The notes: generated by a model from the letters alone, not told the origin. 64,000 bases of DNA from a virus (IMGVR_UViG_3300048861_000178:32001-96000), one strand, 5' to 3'. Counted from the first letter of the stretch, positions 9,845 through 20,672 are shown. Program-made: numbers and translations.

Positions 9845-11389
9845 ATGGCGCAAACGCTTTATCCCGCACCACTGACTGCGATTCTGACTGCGATTGCGGC
9901 TCAGAACAAGGGCGTGACACTCGTCCCCAGTCAGTACACCTTTGGCAATCCTGTCGTCTATCAGGACCCCCAGGGGATTGAAAACACGTCGTTGCTGATT
10001 ACGGTCAATGACGTGAGCGCGCCATACCAAGGTGCACAAACGGTTTACTATCGCCGCCTGAATCTCGCTGATCTGGCGATCCTCTTGCCGCAGCCGATCT
10101 TCGGCAACGGCTGGACCACGGTCGCGGACTTTTGGGCCGTGCTCAATGCGAACTTCGGTCTGAACTTTGTCGCCGGGGACCTCAACGACAGCACGCCGCT
10201 CGTGATCAATCCGGACGGCTCAGGCTCAGTCACGCTGGTGGCACAAGCGAATTCGCTCGGCTGGATTGGTTCGGTAACATTACCGTTCCAAGCGGGTAAC
10301 TACGATCTAGCTACAGTGGCGACCGGCACAACGCTCTCGGGCCTGTTGTATCCGAATACCGACGCAGGCAAGCCCTTCGGTGAGTTGTATTCGTACTTCC
10401 GCGACATGACGCCGTATCAGGCGCATCTGCAGAACTACAACACCTCGAGCAATGATCTCACGCAATTGACGTTGGATCTGAAAGCACTGACCGGTAACAA
10501 CTGGACCAACGTTGCAGCGGCGCAGTACAGTTTGCAAGGCGCCTCGGTGGTGTACAACGGACTGGTGTCGGATTTTGTGCCGCTGGGTGATTCCATCTGC
10601 ACGCCCAATCCGGCTTATCAGTACGTGCTGATTGTCAAGCTAAACAATTCGTACTCGCTGGGTTACTCGGGCTACATGTTCCTGCATTATGGTCTCATCG
10701 ACCCGTATGCAAACACGGATGTGTTGCCACCTGTGAAGACTGCGATGCTGTTGCGCTTTGACGGCATCAATGGCTCGACCATTTTGCACGACCAGGCTTA
10801 TCCGTCGCGAGTGCTGAACGCCAATGCACCGGCTGCGATCTCCACCGCTCGGTCGCTCTGGGGTGGTTCTTCGTTGGCCGCGTTGGCTGCAGGTGCAAAC
10901 GTGACGACGGCGGACTCCGCTGAGCTGCGTCTCACCTCAGACTTCACCATCGAGTTCGATCAGTATCTGCTCGCGAACAACGCCGTCCAGGTGCTGGCCA
11001 TGAAGGCGCCGGATGACGCCAGTTCGGGTGGTCGCATTCAGGTGTATAGCGACGGGACCTTGGTGGTCTATGCGGATCAGGACGCTATTACGCCGGGTAG
11101 CCAGACACTCACGGTGCCTGCTAACAAGCTAGTGCTCAATCAGTGGCAGCACATCGCGCTGGTCAGCAAAGTAGGCGTGTGGACGCTCTATGTGGATGGT
11201 GTACCGCAAGCCACCGCAACGGCAACCGGCAAGACCTGGGGTAACAACGCAGGGATGCTGTCGATTGGTGGCGACCCCTTCGTGACGACTGCGCCTGCGC
11301 AAGCGTACCTCGAGGAATTCCGCATCAGTAATGTCGCCCGGTATTCGGCCCTCTTCACGCCGATCACCGATCAGTTCTATGTTGATTAA
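9845..11389 (+). CDS. tail-fibre family A paralog with tip domain and LamG/ConA-like domain
   Basis: YQGAQTVYYRRLNL, NSLGWIGS, FLHY; LamG-like DFTIEF...WQHIALV...LYVDG...EEFRISNVARY. Confidence 0.8.
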   Translation: MAQTLYPAPLTAILTAIAAQNKGVTLVPSQYTFGNPVVYQDPQGIENTSLLITVNDVSAPYQGAQTVYYRRLNLADLAILLPQPIFGNGWTTVADFWAVLNANFGLNFVAGDLNDSTPLVINPDGSGSVTLVAQANSLGWIGSVTLPFQAGNYDLATVATGTTLSGLLYPNTDAGKPFGELYSYFRDMTPYQAHLQNYNTSSNDLTQLTLDLKALTGNNWTNVAAAQYSLQGASVVYNGLVSDFVPLGDSICTPNPAYQYVLIVKLNNSYSLGYSGYMFLHYGLIDPYANTDVLPPVKTAMLLRFDGINGSTILHDQAYPSRVLNANAPAAISTARSLWGGSSLAALAAGANVTTADSAELRLTSDFTIEFDQYLLANNAVQVLAMKAPDDASSGGRIQVYSDGTLVVYADQDAITPGSQTLTVPANKLVLNQWQHIALVSKVGVWTLYVDGVPQATATATGKTWGNNAGMLSIGGDPFVTTAPAQAYLEEFRISNVARYSALFTPITDQFYVD

Positions 11390-11404
11390 TCCAAGGAGAG
11401 AGTG

Positions 11405-12277
11405 ATGACAGGCATTACGTCACAGCCGACGACTCTCTCCGGAGAGCAGCTGATTATCCTGCTCAATGAGACGTTCACTCCGAATCCGATCTTCTCGGAT
11501 AAGAACCTGATCTTTGGTACGCCGCAAGCTGCGCCCGATGGTGCAGTGGGTTACGATACCACGGTGGACGTCACAGGGGTGCCAGGCCGAGGCTATTACG
11601 GGGACGCGGTGATTCAATACACCCGTGTCCCGCTCTCCAATCTGGCAGGTCGGGTCTCGCTCGCCTCGCTGGATAACTTTACGCTGGCGAGCATTGCGAC
11701 GCTGATGAATGCGTCGTTGGGGACGTTCCTGCAAGAGGAGGATTTTGTTCCGCAGGACATCACCACACCGCCGCTGCTCGGTTCGAGCACAGTGACGTTG
11801 GTGGCAGCCGATGACTCGCTCGGGTGGAAAGGCTCAGTCGACATCACGATCACGCACGATAAGCCGCACCTGAATGTGGTGATCGCGAGTAATCGACTGA
11901 ACACGATGTTTGACGACTATAGCGCCGCCGTGGTGAACCATGTCCCGTATCGACTCAATGGTCGGGATTACCTATGGAACTACGACTTCACGTCGATGCG
12001 TGATGCGCTGGCGATTAAGTACTACGCGCTCAATCAGAACGTCGGCTACAACGGCATTGCGGACTACGCGACGCTTAGCGCAGCCTGTGCGAAAGTCGGG
12101 ATTCCTTACTTTCCAAACGCCCAGTATGGTCGTACCGGCGCAAGCGATTACGCGACCTCGCAGATTGCTGACAGCAACAAGAATTTTGATCGGGTAGTGA
12201 TTCTCGGTACGATTTGGGGCGGTGTCTTCTATGGCAGTGCCTTGTACTTTCACTACAACGTCCTCGAAAATCGTTAG
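11405..12277 (+). CDS. tail-fibre family A paralog with tip domain
   Basis: GYYGDAVIQYTRVPL, DSLGWKGS, ends LYFHYN; AAGGAG RBS favours ATG 11405. Confidence 0.75.
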   Translation: MTGITSQPTTLSGEQLIILLNETFTPNPIFSDKNLIFGTPQAAPDGAVGYDTTVDVTGVPGRGYYGDAVIQYTRVPLSNLAGRVSLASLDNFTLASIATLMNASLGTFLQEEDFVPQDITTPPLLGSSTVTLVAADDSLGWKGSVDITITHDKPHLNVVIASNRLNTMFDDYSAAVVNHVPYRLNGRDYLWNYDFTSMRDALAIKYYALNQNVGYNGIADYATLSAACAKVGIPYFPNAQYGRTGASDYATSQIADSNKNFDRVVILGTIWGGVFYGSALYFHYNVLENR

Positions 12278-12287
12278 GGCTTGAACC

Positions 12288-13259
12288 ATGTCTCTTTATC
12301 CCAAGCAGTCCATGCAGATGCTGGTTGACCTGATCAACCAAGCGAATCCGTCTCTGCCTGTACCGCTGACCACGACGAATGCGCTCTACGGGACGCCGAC
12401 CGCCGTCACCCCCACGGGTGGTAACGTTCAGAATACGTCGATCAAGGTCACCGCACAGGCTGGGACGAAATACGTGGGTAACACCACGTTGCTGTATCGT
12501 CGGTTGGACTTCGGCATTTTGTTTCGCAATCTGCCGATCGTTATTTACAAGTATTCGCCTAATGCCGGGTCGCCGTACAAGATCTCGGATCTGTTGCCCT
12601 CGATCAACGCCAAGTATGGTCTCAGTCTCACGACGGCCGACGTCGTGGATGGCAGCTTACCCACAGGTAACACCAACGCAGTGGCGGCCATCGGTCTAGC
12701 CGCCGGTACGCGCAATAGCTCGATTACGGTCACTGCGCAAACCAGCAGTCCTGGCTTCATCGGAAGCTTTACGCTTTACTGGGTCCAGGCACCGCAGGAC
12801 ATCGGTTCGATGATTTCGGTAACGAGTCTGGAAAACGCGCGCGTGTTCCCTGGCGCGCGTAACGTGGTCGACAACTCGATCTACGTGCCGGATCTGGACT
12901 TCTACTCGATTGACTGGACGAATGCGCTTAACCAGGCCGCGGCGGCGGCGAGCCAGAGTCTGGCTATAGCCATTGGTTTCTTAACTAGTTACGGCTTGGG
13001 TACTCAAACTGGCGCACCCGCGACGGTCCATAGCTCGTTGCTTGCTTCGATCAATGCAGCGATTACCACGCAGTACAACCTGACCAATCCGGTCTCGACC
13101 CCGTACAGTCTGTATGGCATCAAGTTCACGAACGTGATCCTGCCAAGCGCGACCTTGCCGGAAGCAGACAGCAAGTACTTCAACCGTGCGTTGTATATGG
13201 ATCTGCCTGCGGGAGCTTCGTGGGGTGCGGGCCGTATCATCATGCACTACAACGTTTAA
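12288..13259 (+). CDS. tail-fibre family A paralog with tip domain
   Basis: YVGNTTLLYRRLDF, INAKYGLSLTTADV, SPGFIGS, ends IMHYNV. Confidence 0.75.
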   Translation: MSLYPKQSMQMLVDLINQANPSLPVPLTTTNALYGTPTAVTPTGGNVQNTSIKVTAQAGTKYVGNTTLLYRRLDFGILFRNLPIVIYKYSPNAGSPYKISDLLPSINAKYGLSLTTADVVDGSLPTGNTNAVAAIGLAAGTRNSSITVTAQTSSPGFIGSFTLYWVQAPQDIGSMISVTSLENARVFPGARNVVDNSIYVPDLDFYSIDWTNALNQAAAAASQSLAIAIGFLTSYGLGTQTGAPATVHSSLLASINAAITTQYNLTNPVSTPYSLYGIKFTNVILPSATLPEADSKYFNRALYMDLPAGASWGAGRIIMHYNV

Positions 13260-13268
13260 GGGTGAGAT

Positions 13269-14162
13269 ATGTCGACTTTTCAACTCCCATCCTTGACTGA
13301 TTTGCTGAACGCGATCAATGCGGCCAACGCGACGACGTTTACGGCGTCCGATCTGTCGTTCTCGAATCCGAAAGTGGTGTCGGGAACCTGGCAGGGTCTA
13401 TCAAGCGATCGCAATACCGCTGTGAAAGTGACAGCGGCTTCAGCGAATTATCAAGGCTCCCAGGTGATTCTTTACAATCGCCTGGACTTGGCCCAGCTGG
13501 CCAATCTGTCCGGCGTCACGGATTTGGCCGTGAGCAATCCGCAACACACCTGGGATATCTTGCCGCAGCTGGCTTACTACCTGGGTATTCAGTTCGTGCA
13601 GGGTGATTTGCAGAATCTGCCGATCACGCTCAATGGCGACGGCACGGGTCAGGTGCAGCTCTCGGCTGATCCGAATTCGCTCGGCTGGCAAGGTAGTGTG
13701 ATGCTCAATGTGGTGCCGGGCGGTGTATTGCTCGATGCGGCCGCGGCGACTACGCAACTGCCGGGTATTAACTATCCGGTGGCAGATGCGTCAGCACCGC
13801 CTGCGTCGGCCGTGTACGGCCCGGCCTATCTGTATCCGTACGACTTCACCTCCTGGCAGTCGACGTTCCTGTCGTACGCGCCGGGTGCGATGACGCAGAC
13901 TCAGCTCGATGCTGTGTTGGCGGCCATTCAAGCTGTGGATGTGGGTGCAGGTAAGTCGTTGTGGGTGGACACGGGTGCCAACACGACCTGGAATTTGACG
14001 GGGGCAACCATCGTCTCGAACGGCCTGAATGATGCGGTGAATAACCCAACCAATCCGGCCTACAAGTACGTGATGGCTATTCAGTTGGCGGCGAACCAGA
14101 CGACGCCTTCGGGTCTGCTGTATCTGCACTACAACGATCCGTTCGACCCGAACAACTTCTAA
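13269..14162 (+). CDS. tail-fibre family A paralog with tip domain
   Basis: YQGSQVILYNRLDL, NSLGWQGS, LYLHYND. Confidence 0.75.
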   Translation: MSTFQLPSLTDLLNAINAANATTFTASDLSFSNPKVVSGTWQGLSSDRNTAVKVTAASANYQGSQVILYNRLDLAQLANLSGVTDLAVSNPQHTWDILPQLAYYLGIQFVQGDLQNLPITLNGDGTGQVQLSADPNSLGWQGSVMLNVVPGGVLLDAAAATTQLPGINYPVADASAPPASAVYGPAYLYPYDFTSWQSTFLSYAPGAMTQTQLDAVLAAIQAVDVGAGKSLWVDTGANTTWNLTGATIVSNGLNDAVNNPTNPAYKYVMAIQLAANQTTPSGLLYLHYNDPFDPNNF

Positions 14163-14173
14163 GTCGAGAGCAT

Positions 14174-14199
14174 AGGGGAGTGGGTCACCCCCACTCCCT
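14174..14199 (+). other. intergenic hairpin
   Basis: GGGAGTGG..CCACTCCC stem, preceded by GCATA; no U-tract. Confidence 0.5.
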
Positions 14200-14214
14200 G
14201 AAACGAGGTGTTGA

Positions 14215-15099
14215 ATGTACCCATTTCTTGACACGCAGTTGAACACCTTGCTCGGGTTGATTAACACGTCGAATCCCGGTCTGAAGGTGCCTCTGACGAC
14301 CGCGATGCTACGCTCGTTGGTGCCAACTGCAGTAACGCCTGGGTCGGGACAGATCCAGGACACGAGTCTTAGACTGCTCTCAGTGCCGGGTAACCTCGGC
14401 AAGTATATCGGGACGCAGACGCTGTACTACCGGCGAATTAACTTCGCCAATCTTTTCCGCAGCATGACGTTGACGCTGGATAACTATCTCGGCTCAACCA
14501 CCATGACAGCAGCGCAGTTCTGTACGGCGTTCAATACAAAGTACGGCACGGAATTGGTGCCGACGGACTTTAGCAACCCCTCCTTCACCTCTGGGACGTC
14601 CTACACGCTCACTATGGTGTCGACGTCCCTGTGTTACGAAGGGTCGTTCACCTTCAAGTGGACGCAGGGTGTGCCGTACATGAGCCAGGTCATCGCGAGC
14701 CAGGTATTGACGGGTAAGTTGTATCCGGGTGGCAACACCTTCGGCGGGGGTCGTAAGCCCCAAGCGGATGTGTTGAGCTACGCGCTGGACTGCTCGAAGA
14801 TTCGCACGCAGCTTTTGGCGCTGAGCTCGTCCTCGACGCCGACCCCGTCAAACTGGCTCACTGCAGGTAGTGCGCTGGCAGGTATTCTGGCTTTTCTGCA
14901 ACAGAGCCTGCCAAGTCTGAATCTGAGCGGGCAGGATTCGGCCACCGCGGGTGGCTTAGGCAATCTGTTGGTGTCGCGCTATACGCTGCCTTCGGCGTCA
15001 GTGCCGGGCGCGAATAGCAACAAGTTTGCGTCTGTAGTGACGATCACCGCGGTGGCGGGGTCCTGGTTTCAGGGCACCTTCTATCTGCACTTTAACTAA
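14215..15099 (+). CDS. tail-fibre family A paralog with tip domain
   Basis: YIGTQTLYYRRINF, FNTKYGTEL..D, SLCYEGS, ends YLHFN. Confidence 0.75.
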   Translation: MYPFLDTQLNTLLGLINTSNPGLKVPLTTAMLRSLVPTAVTPGSGQIQDTSLRLLSVPGNLGKYIGTQTLYYRRINFANLFRSMTLTLDNYLGSTTMTAAQFCTAFNTKYGTELVPTDFSNPSFTSGTSYTLTMVSTSLCYEGSFTFKWTQGVPYMSQVIASQVLTGKLYPGGNTFGGGRKPQADVLSYALDCSKIRTQLLALSSSSTPTPSNWLTAGSALAGILAFLQQSLPSLNLSGQDSATAGGLGNLLVSRYTLPSASVPGANSNKFASVVTITAVAGSWFQGTFYLHFN

Positions 15100-15111
15100 A
15101 GGGAGGTCGAA

Positions 15112-15612
15112 GTGAGTCTGTATCAAAATTCGAGCGACGACCTCGCTGCGTTAATCAGTGCTGCCGCTGGCGTGACAGTGACATCCAGTCAGTTTACAGT
15201 AGTGGCGTTAAAGCCCACTACGACCGCTGAGCAGGCTGGAGTGGCGAACGGTAAGAACACCAAGGTTCACGTGTCGATGAACGCCGGAGCACCGCTTCGG
15301 GGTGAAATGACGCTGTACTACGACCGACTCGATTTGGGCGCGTGGGCGAACTTTAGTCCAGTGTTGCTGGTGGCCGCGCCCAATAACGACGTCTCGACAG
15401 TATTGAACACGATTCGTGACCAGTACGGTTTTACACTGACCATGAACGACATCGCTGACGTCTCGACGACAGTCGGAGGCGATGGCAATACCCACGTGGC
15501 GTTGACGGCGCTCGCGAGCTCACCCGGCTACATCGGTAGCTTTGATTGTGTATTCGCGCCGCTCCCGAACATCAGCAATCTGTTCTACTCCAGTACGCTG
15601 AGTGGCTTCTAA
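15112..15612 (+). CDS. tail-fibre family A paralog (module only)
   Basis: GGAGG RBS with GTG start; LYYDRLDL, YGFTL..D, SPGYIGS, ends STLSGF. Confidence 0.7.
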   Translation: MSLYQNSSDDLAALISAAAGVTVTSSQFTVVALKPTTTAEQAGVANGKNTKVHVSMNAGAPLRGEMTLYYDRLDLGAWANFSPVLLVAAPNNDVSTVLNTIRDQYGFTLTMNDIADVSTTVGGDGNTHVALTALASSPGYIGSFDCVFAPLPNISNLFYSSTLSGF

Positions 15613-15626
15613 AACAAGGATGTGAG

Positions 15627-15974
15627 ATGGCAACGACTTTTTGGCCGAACTATCTCTTCTTCACAGACTTTTCCAGTGACGGCGACGAGCTGTCCAAAGT
15701 ACCTGTGGGAGTACTCAGTGCGTCGGATGCGACGTTGCTGGCTGCCTCACTGAGCACGCATGACAAGGGTGCGCATGGTGCTAACTGGACGGACAAGGAA
15801 GAAGAGCCTTACACGCTGGCAGGCGCCACTGTGCTCTTTAACGGCGAGAACCACACGCACCTGCCTTCGAACGCGCTGTTCAAGTATGCGTTGATTGTGC
15901 AATTGCCGTGGGCAGAGGGTCCGCACAACCTGCTGGTGCTGCAGTACAACGAAACACCTGCGCCGGTGTTGTAA
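15627..15974 (+). CDS. stand-alone family A tip domain
   Basis: AAGGA RBS before ATG 15627; YTLAGATVLFNG..FKYALIVQL..LQYN matches the tip domains of 9845 and 13269. Confidence 0.7.
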   Translation: MATTFWPNYLFFTDFSSDGDELSKVPVGVLSASDATLLAASLSTHDKGAHGANWTDKEEEPYTLAGATVLFNGENHTHLPSNALFKYALIVQLPWAEGPHNLLVLQYNETPAPVL

Positions 15975-16045
15975 TGCCGATTCTGGGAAAGCTTCCCAGA
16001 GGCTTTCCTGGCATACGCATTTCGATTTACTCCTAAGAGGCAATC

Positions 16046-17752
16046 ATGACGCTTCGCGCATTAATCTCGTTTGATCATGTTCCGCTCAATACCAATTTCA
16101 CCTTGCCTGTTGGGACCACGTACGCTTCGAATACCCTGAACACTCAGTACGGTATGCCAGGTGGTGTGATGACTGGCTTAAATGCTGCGGCGGCGGCGAT
16201 TTATACGCCCACCAATGCGATCGCGCTTGGGCCCTCCCCTAATTCTGGCTATAACGCCGGATACGTCGTTTCTCTGGCTGACCTGGGGTGGTTGCAAAAC
16301 GGCGCGACCCAGGGTTGGATGGGTTTTCGCACCTATGCGTCTTCGAGCGGTTCGACGACCGCTTCAGTGGCGGGTTTTCTCACTGCGCTATCGGGATTGA
16401 CCAATTCCGGGTCCGGTATTGCCTCGGTGCTCACGGAAGCTCAGCTGGCACGACCGGGTTACGGGGCGACAGCGTTGCAATATGTCGAAGTCTTTGTCGA
16501 CATGACAGCCCTGACGTATCAGACATATGTCAACGGTATCCAGACGGCTTCCGGTTCACTGCCCTCAGGATGCCAGTATGTCGTGTTTGGGGGTACGTAC
16601 TACACGGCAGCGGGTGGCGGCATGCAGGCCTATCGGGATTTCTACTTCCTCGATGTGGATGCGACTAAGCCCAATGGTCGACTGGGTCCGATTACCAGCA
16701 CGGCGCTCGCACCGAGCGTGAGTACCAGCCAGCTGGCGAACTACGGGAACTTTTCCTTTGCCCTGAATGGCAGCGCTACGGTCTCCAATGCGCAAGCCAA
16801 GTTCGGTACTGCGTCGCTCTACCCGACCCCATCCACCAATGGCGCGGTGGTCATCACAGATGCGCCCCAGTACCGTGCGGTGACTGGCGACATGACCTAC
16901 GAATGCTGGGCCATGTGCACGAATGCGAGTCAGTCAGCGGGTTTTCTGTGTAAGGATTCCGGCGCAGCCCCATGGGCACGATTGCAGTACGTCTCAGGTG
17001 TGTGGCAGTTGCTGACTGACCAGGCCTCGGGTACGCCTGCGCTCAGCGCTACAGGTAACCCAACCGTGAATCAGTGGTTCCATCTGGCCTTGGTGCGGTA
17101 TCAAGGTACCTGGACCATTTACCAGAACGGCGTCGCAATCGGTAGCGTCGCTGGCGGCACCTTTGGTAACAATACAGCCAATCTGGTGCTCGGCAATAAT
17201 AACAATCTGTCCAGCGTGTGGACTGGCTATATTGACGAGTTCCGGGTGTCGAACATCGCACGTTACACGGCGAACTTCACTCCGTCAACGCAGCCATTTG
17301 CAACCGACGCGAACACCATGTTGTTGATGCATTTTGATTCGGTGGTCGGTGCGTCAGTCGCGGACTACAGTAACAATGAGCCGTCGGCATTTCAGACTGC
17401 TTATGGCGCTACCCCGACGATGACACCTCTGGTGCAAAACGGCGCAGACAATCAACCGATTGCGCTGAACTTCGCCCCCAGCGTGCCAGCCGGTCAGAAG
17501 GTTGTCGCGATGCAGTACAAGCTCGCGGCTCAAGTGCCGTTTGCGATGAACTTGCTCGCCTCCATGCAAGAAGGTCAGACCACCAAGACGTTGGCGACGT
17601 ATCAATTCCGTGACACGACCGCTCAGTATGCGCGTGATCTCGCCGGAATTCAGGTGACTGCACCGGACGGCAATGGCTGGACGAGTACCAATATTGCGGC
17701 GACTAACCTCGTGTTGCAACCGCAGTCGACCACAGCGGCGAATACCAACTAA
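16046..17752 (+). CDS. family B lectin-like virion protein with inserted LamG domain
   Basis: MTLRALISFD, YVEVFVD, RDFYFLD..RLGPI, APDGNGWT; LamG insert at about 16760-17341. Confidence 0.75.
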   Translation: MTLRALISFDHVPLNTNFTLPVGTTYASNTLNTQYGMPGGVMTGLNAAAAAIYTPTNAIALGPSPNSGYNAGYVVSLADLGWLQNGATQGWMGFRTYASSSGSTTASVAGFLTALSGLTNSGSGIASVLTEAQLARPGYGATALQYVEVFVDMTALTYQTYVNGIQTASGSLPSGCQYVVFGGTYYTAAGGGMQAYRDFYFLDVDATKPNGRLGPITSTALAPSVSTSQLANYGNFSFALNGSATVSNAQAKFGTASLYPTPSTNGAVVITDAPQYRAVTGDMTYECWAMCTNASQSAGFLCKDSGAAPWARLQYVSGVWQLLTDQASGTPALSATGNPTVNQWFHLALVRYQGTWTIYQNGVAIGSVAGGTFGNNTANLVLGNNNNLSSVWTGYIDEFRVSNIARYTANFTPSTQPFATDANTMLLMHFDSVVGASVADYSNNEPSAFQTAYGATPTMTPLVQNGADNQPIALNFAPSVPAGQKVVAMQYKLAAQVPFAMNLLASMQEGQTTKTLATYQFRDTTAQYARDLAGIQVTAPDGNGWTSTNIAATNLVLQPQSTTAANTN

Positions 17753-17814
17753 GCATGAGCGGGCACTTGATCTCTTCTCCTTGTGAGGAGAGGGGGTTGG
17801 GTGTCTGCTTATGC
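17753..17814 (+). other. 29-bp uninterrupted RNA hairpin (9 G-U pairs)
   Basis: GCATGAGCGGGCACTTGATCTCTTCTCCT-TGTG-AGGAGAGGGGGTTGGGTGTCTGCTTATGC, paired by hand. Confidence 0.8.
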
Positions 17815-17838
17815 CATCGAATTACATTGGAGTAGGTT

Positions 17839-19515
17839 ATGGCAATCCATGACTTGTGGTCGTTTGATAATGCGCCAGTGGGTACGAGTTTGCTCACCGG
17901 CACGACTGACCTCACCTCAACAACGGGTCCGAGCAACGTTTACAACTACTATACGGGCAATCCCGGTTGCACGTACACCTATACCAGCAGTCCGTTTGCA
18001 GTGGATGCGAACGGCTTTGCTAACTCGACGAATAACTCGAGCGGCAACGGCAGCATGATCTGGTTTAAGCTCGCCCAAGTACTGAATTTCACGACCTCGA
18101 CGAAGTGGGCGATTGGTTTTCGGACCAAGTCCAGTCAGGCAGTAACTGGTTCGACAGCGGGTCGTGTGTTTTGTACCACGGCAGGCTGGGCGACCGCTAT
18201 ATTGCGCACTTGGATCGCCGAAGCCGACCTCGTAGCCCCGGCCAACACGGAGCTGTATGTTGAGCTCGTGGTGGATTCTTCCCTGTTGACCTATTGGCTC
18301 TATATCAACGGCAGTCTCGTGCGCCAGACCGCCTATACGTCGGGGAATTTCCCCTCAACGGGTTATGCTGCTTTTGGCACCGGTAGTACGGTGGGAACTG
18401 CCAACGCCACACGCGGTTATCGGGACTTCTACTTCCTGGATTTTGATAGCACTGACACGACGCGCTTGGGTCCGATCCGTTCCTCGATCGCTTCCCTCTC
18501 GAACATTTCGGGTTCGGAATGGACGCTCAATAGTGCGGCCGACCTGCCGACCGCTTTGAATACCGTGTTGCAAAACCCGCCGATCACCACACCGAGTGCC
18601 TCGGCTCCGGCAGACAATCAGCCGATTACAGCCACCCTCGGGACAAGCCTGGCGGCGAATGTATCCATCATTGCAGTGCAGCCCATGATCTCCTTTATTG
18701 GGGATAGCGCACTGAATACGCTTGATCTGACGCTGACACAAAATGCTCAAGCGCTGGATCTCGGTAAGCTCGCGCCGCCCGTGTCTGCTAACCAGTTTAA
18801 TCAAAAGTGGGCGATTAGTCGTAAAGCTCCCGATGGCGGGATTTGGACCCCTACCAAGCTGGGTCAGACGTCGGCGTCCTTGACACCTGCGGCTCAGCGT
18901 ACTGTTGTCTTGCTGCACATGGAGAATACTACGGACGCCGCCGTATCGCGCACGTGGACACTCAATGGCACTGCAGCTATCTCTACGGCGCAAACAAAGT
19001 TCGGTTCTTCTTCGCTCACTTCGGGCAGCTCAGGCTATCTAAGCGCCCCCGTAGATGCGACCGAGGTCTTTGGTTCAACCTTCACGTTTGAATGCTGGGC
19101 GTATCGTAACTCCGGATTTGGTGATACCAATATCCTGAGCATGTCGACGCAGAACGATTCGACGCACCAAACCGGTATCGGTCAGCAGTCGAATATGGGT
19201 CTGGCGATTTACTTGACCGATGGTAAAGCCTGGCAGTCCTTGGCACCAACCTCGGCATTTCCGCTGAATCAGTGGAATCACGTCGCAGTGGTGTATAACA
19301 ACGGAGTCTACACAGGTTACATCAACGGCGTGGCACAGGGTAGCATTACCTCGGCTTCCACCTTCGGTTTGGCGGGTGCAACCTGTACGATTGGCGGAAT
19401 CCGCTACAACAGCGTTTCGCAGTTCCCTGGCTATCTCGACGAGGTCCGACTCAGTAATGTGGCGCGCTACACCGCTAACTTTACACCCCCGACTGCGGCC
19501 TTCGTGCTGGACTAA
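17839..19515 (+). CDS. family B lectin-like virion protein with C-terminal LamG domain
   Basis: MAIHDLWSFD, YVELVVD, RDFYFLD..RLGPI, APDGGIWT; DEVRLSNVARYTANFTPP. Confidence 0.75.
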   Translation: MAIHDLWSFDNAPVGTSLLTGTTDLTSTTGPSNVYNYYTGNPGCTYTYTSSPFAVDANGFANSTNNSSGNGSMIWFKLAQVLNFTTSTKWAIGFRTKSSQAVTGSTAGRVFCTTAGWATAILRTWIAEADLVAPANTELYVELVVDSSLLTYWLYINGSLVRQTAYTSGNFPSTGYAAFGTGSTVGTANATRGYRDFYFLDFDSTDTTRLGPIRSSIASLSNISGSEWTLNSAADLPTALNTVLQNPPITTPSASAPADNQPITATLGTSLAANVSIIAVQPMISFIGDSALNTLDLTLTQNAQALDLGKLAPPVSANQFNQKWAISRKAPDGGIWTPTKLGQTSASLTPAAQRTVVLLHMENTTDAAVSRTWTLNGTAAISTAQTKFGSSSLTSGSSGYLSAPVDATEVFGSTFTFECWAYRNSGFGDTNILSMSTQNDSTHQTGIGQQSNMGLAIYLTDGKAWQSLAPTSAFPLNQWNHVAVVYNNGVYTGYINGVAQGSITSASTFGLAGATCTIGGIRYNSVSQFPGYLDEVRLSNVARYTANFTPPTAAFVLD

Positions 19516-19595
19516 AGCGCGGCTAATGATGTGTATTCTGGCGGTTCTTATTCATCGAGGACCGTCAGTGCTGGGTTATTTTAAGAGGATTGAAC

Positions 19596-20672
19596 ATGAC
19601 TTTGCGAGCCTTGTGGACGTACGATCACATTGCCAACGCATCCGCTATTACCCTGACGTCACTGGCTGCCTATACGCCTAATAACGCGTACAATCTGCTC
19701 ACGGGTAATCCCGGTACGCCGATTCTACGCGCGGGTACAGCCAACGTGGTGATCAATGCGCTGGTGGCGGGTGCAGCACCTGGCGCGTATCGGGGTGGTG
19801 GTATTGGGTTTGGTAACAGCACCTCGCAGGCCCAGGCGCTGGTGGTCGCGCTTGCGGATGTACCGCTGCTGCAGGGCGGAGTGACCAAAGCGTATATCGG
19901 TTTTCGGACCTGGAGCTCGGTCATTCCGGCGCCGGGTACTTCTTCGGTCTTTGGGGTGGCGTCTTCCGCCACGGCTGTGCCGACTGCGCTGGTGAATGAA
20001 ACCCAACTGGCGCGCGTGGTGAATGTGACGCAGTACGTGGAGGTGATGCTCGACATTGCCAATAACCAGTACTCGGCCTGGGTGGATGGGCTTAAGATTG
20101 TCGATAAGGCGGCGCTTGTCGCAGGCTTTACGTATCTGGTGTTTGGCTCCAATGCGGTGACAACGAACTCCTGTAACTTCTCGTTTCAGGATTTCTACTT
20201 TGTCGACGCCGATGCGACGCTGCCCAATACGCGACTCGGTCCGATCCAGTCGGCTTTGGCAACCATTGCTGCGGTCAGTGCGCCGAACTATACTTCCAGT
20301 GACGCAAAGACGCCGCTGGCGGACTTCACCACTGCGTATAGTGCCGCGCCTGCTGCGACGCCAAACATTACCAATGCGGCGACCAATGATCCTGTCACGG
20401 TGAACTTCACTTCACAAGCCCCTGCTGGGGCAGGCATGATTGCGGTGCAGTACAAGATGGCAGCCAGCGTCACAGCAACTGCGCAGATGTCAGCACAGCT
20501 CAAGCAGGCCTCGACCACCAAGAACTTGCCCACCTACACGTTTAGCGACCTCACGATGGACTTTGGTCGTGATTTGTCGGGCGTGCAGACGACGGACCCG
20601 AGCGGCAATGCTTGGAGCGATGCAGGACTGGCGGCCACTGCGCTGATTGTTCAGCCGGTCTCGCTCACCTAA
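19596..20672 (+). CDS. family B lectin-like virion protein
   Basis: MTLRALWTYD, YVEVMLD, QDFYFVD..RLGPI, DPSGNAWS. Confidence 0.7.
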   Translation: MTLRALWTYDHIANASAITLTSLAAYTPNNAYNLLTGNPGTPILRAGTANVVINALVAGAAPGAYRGGGIGFGNSTSQAQALVVALADVPLLQGGVTKAYIGFRTWSSVIPAPGTSSVFGVASSATAVPTALVNETQLARVVNVTQYVEVMLDIANNQYSAWVDGLKIVDKAALVAGFTYLVFGSNAVTTNSCNFSFQDFYFVDADATLPNTRLGPIQSALATIAAVSAPNYTSSDAKTPLADFTTAYSAAPAATPNITNAATNDPVTVNFTSQAPAGAGMIAVQYKMAASVTATAQMSAQLKQASTTKNLPTYTFSDLTMDFGRDLSGVQTTDPSGNAWSDAGLAATALIVQPVSLT

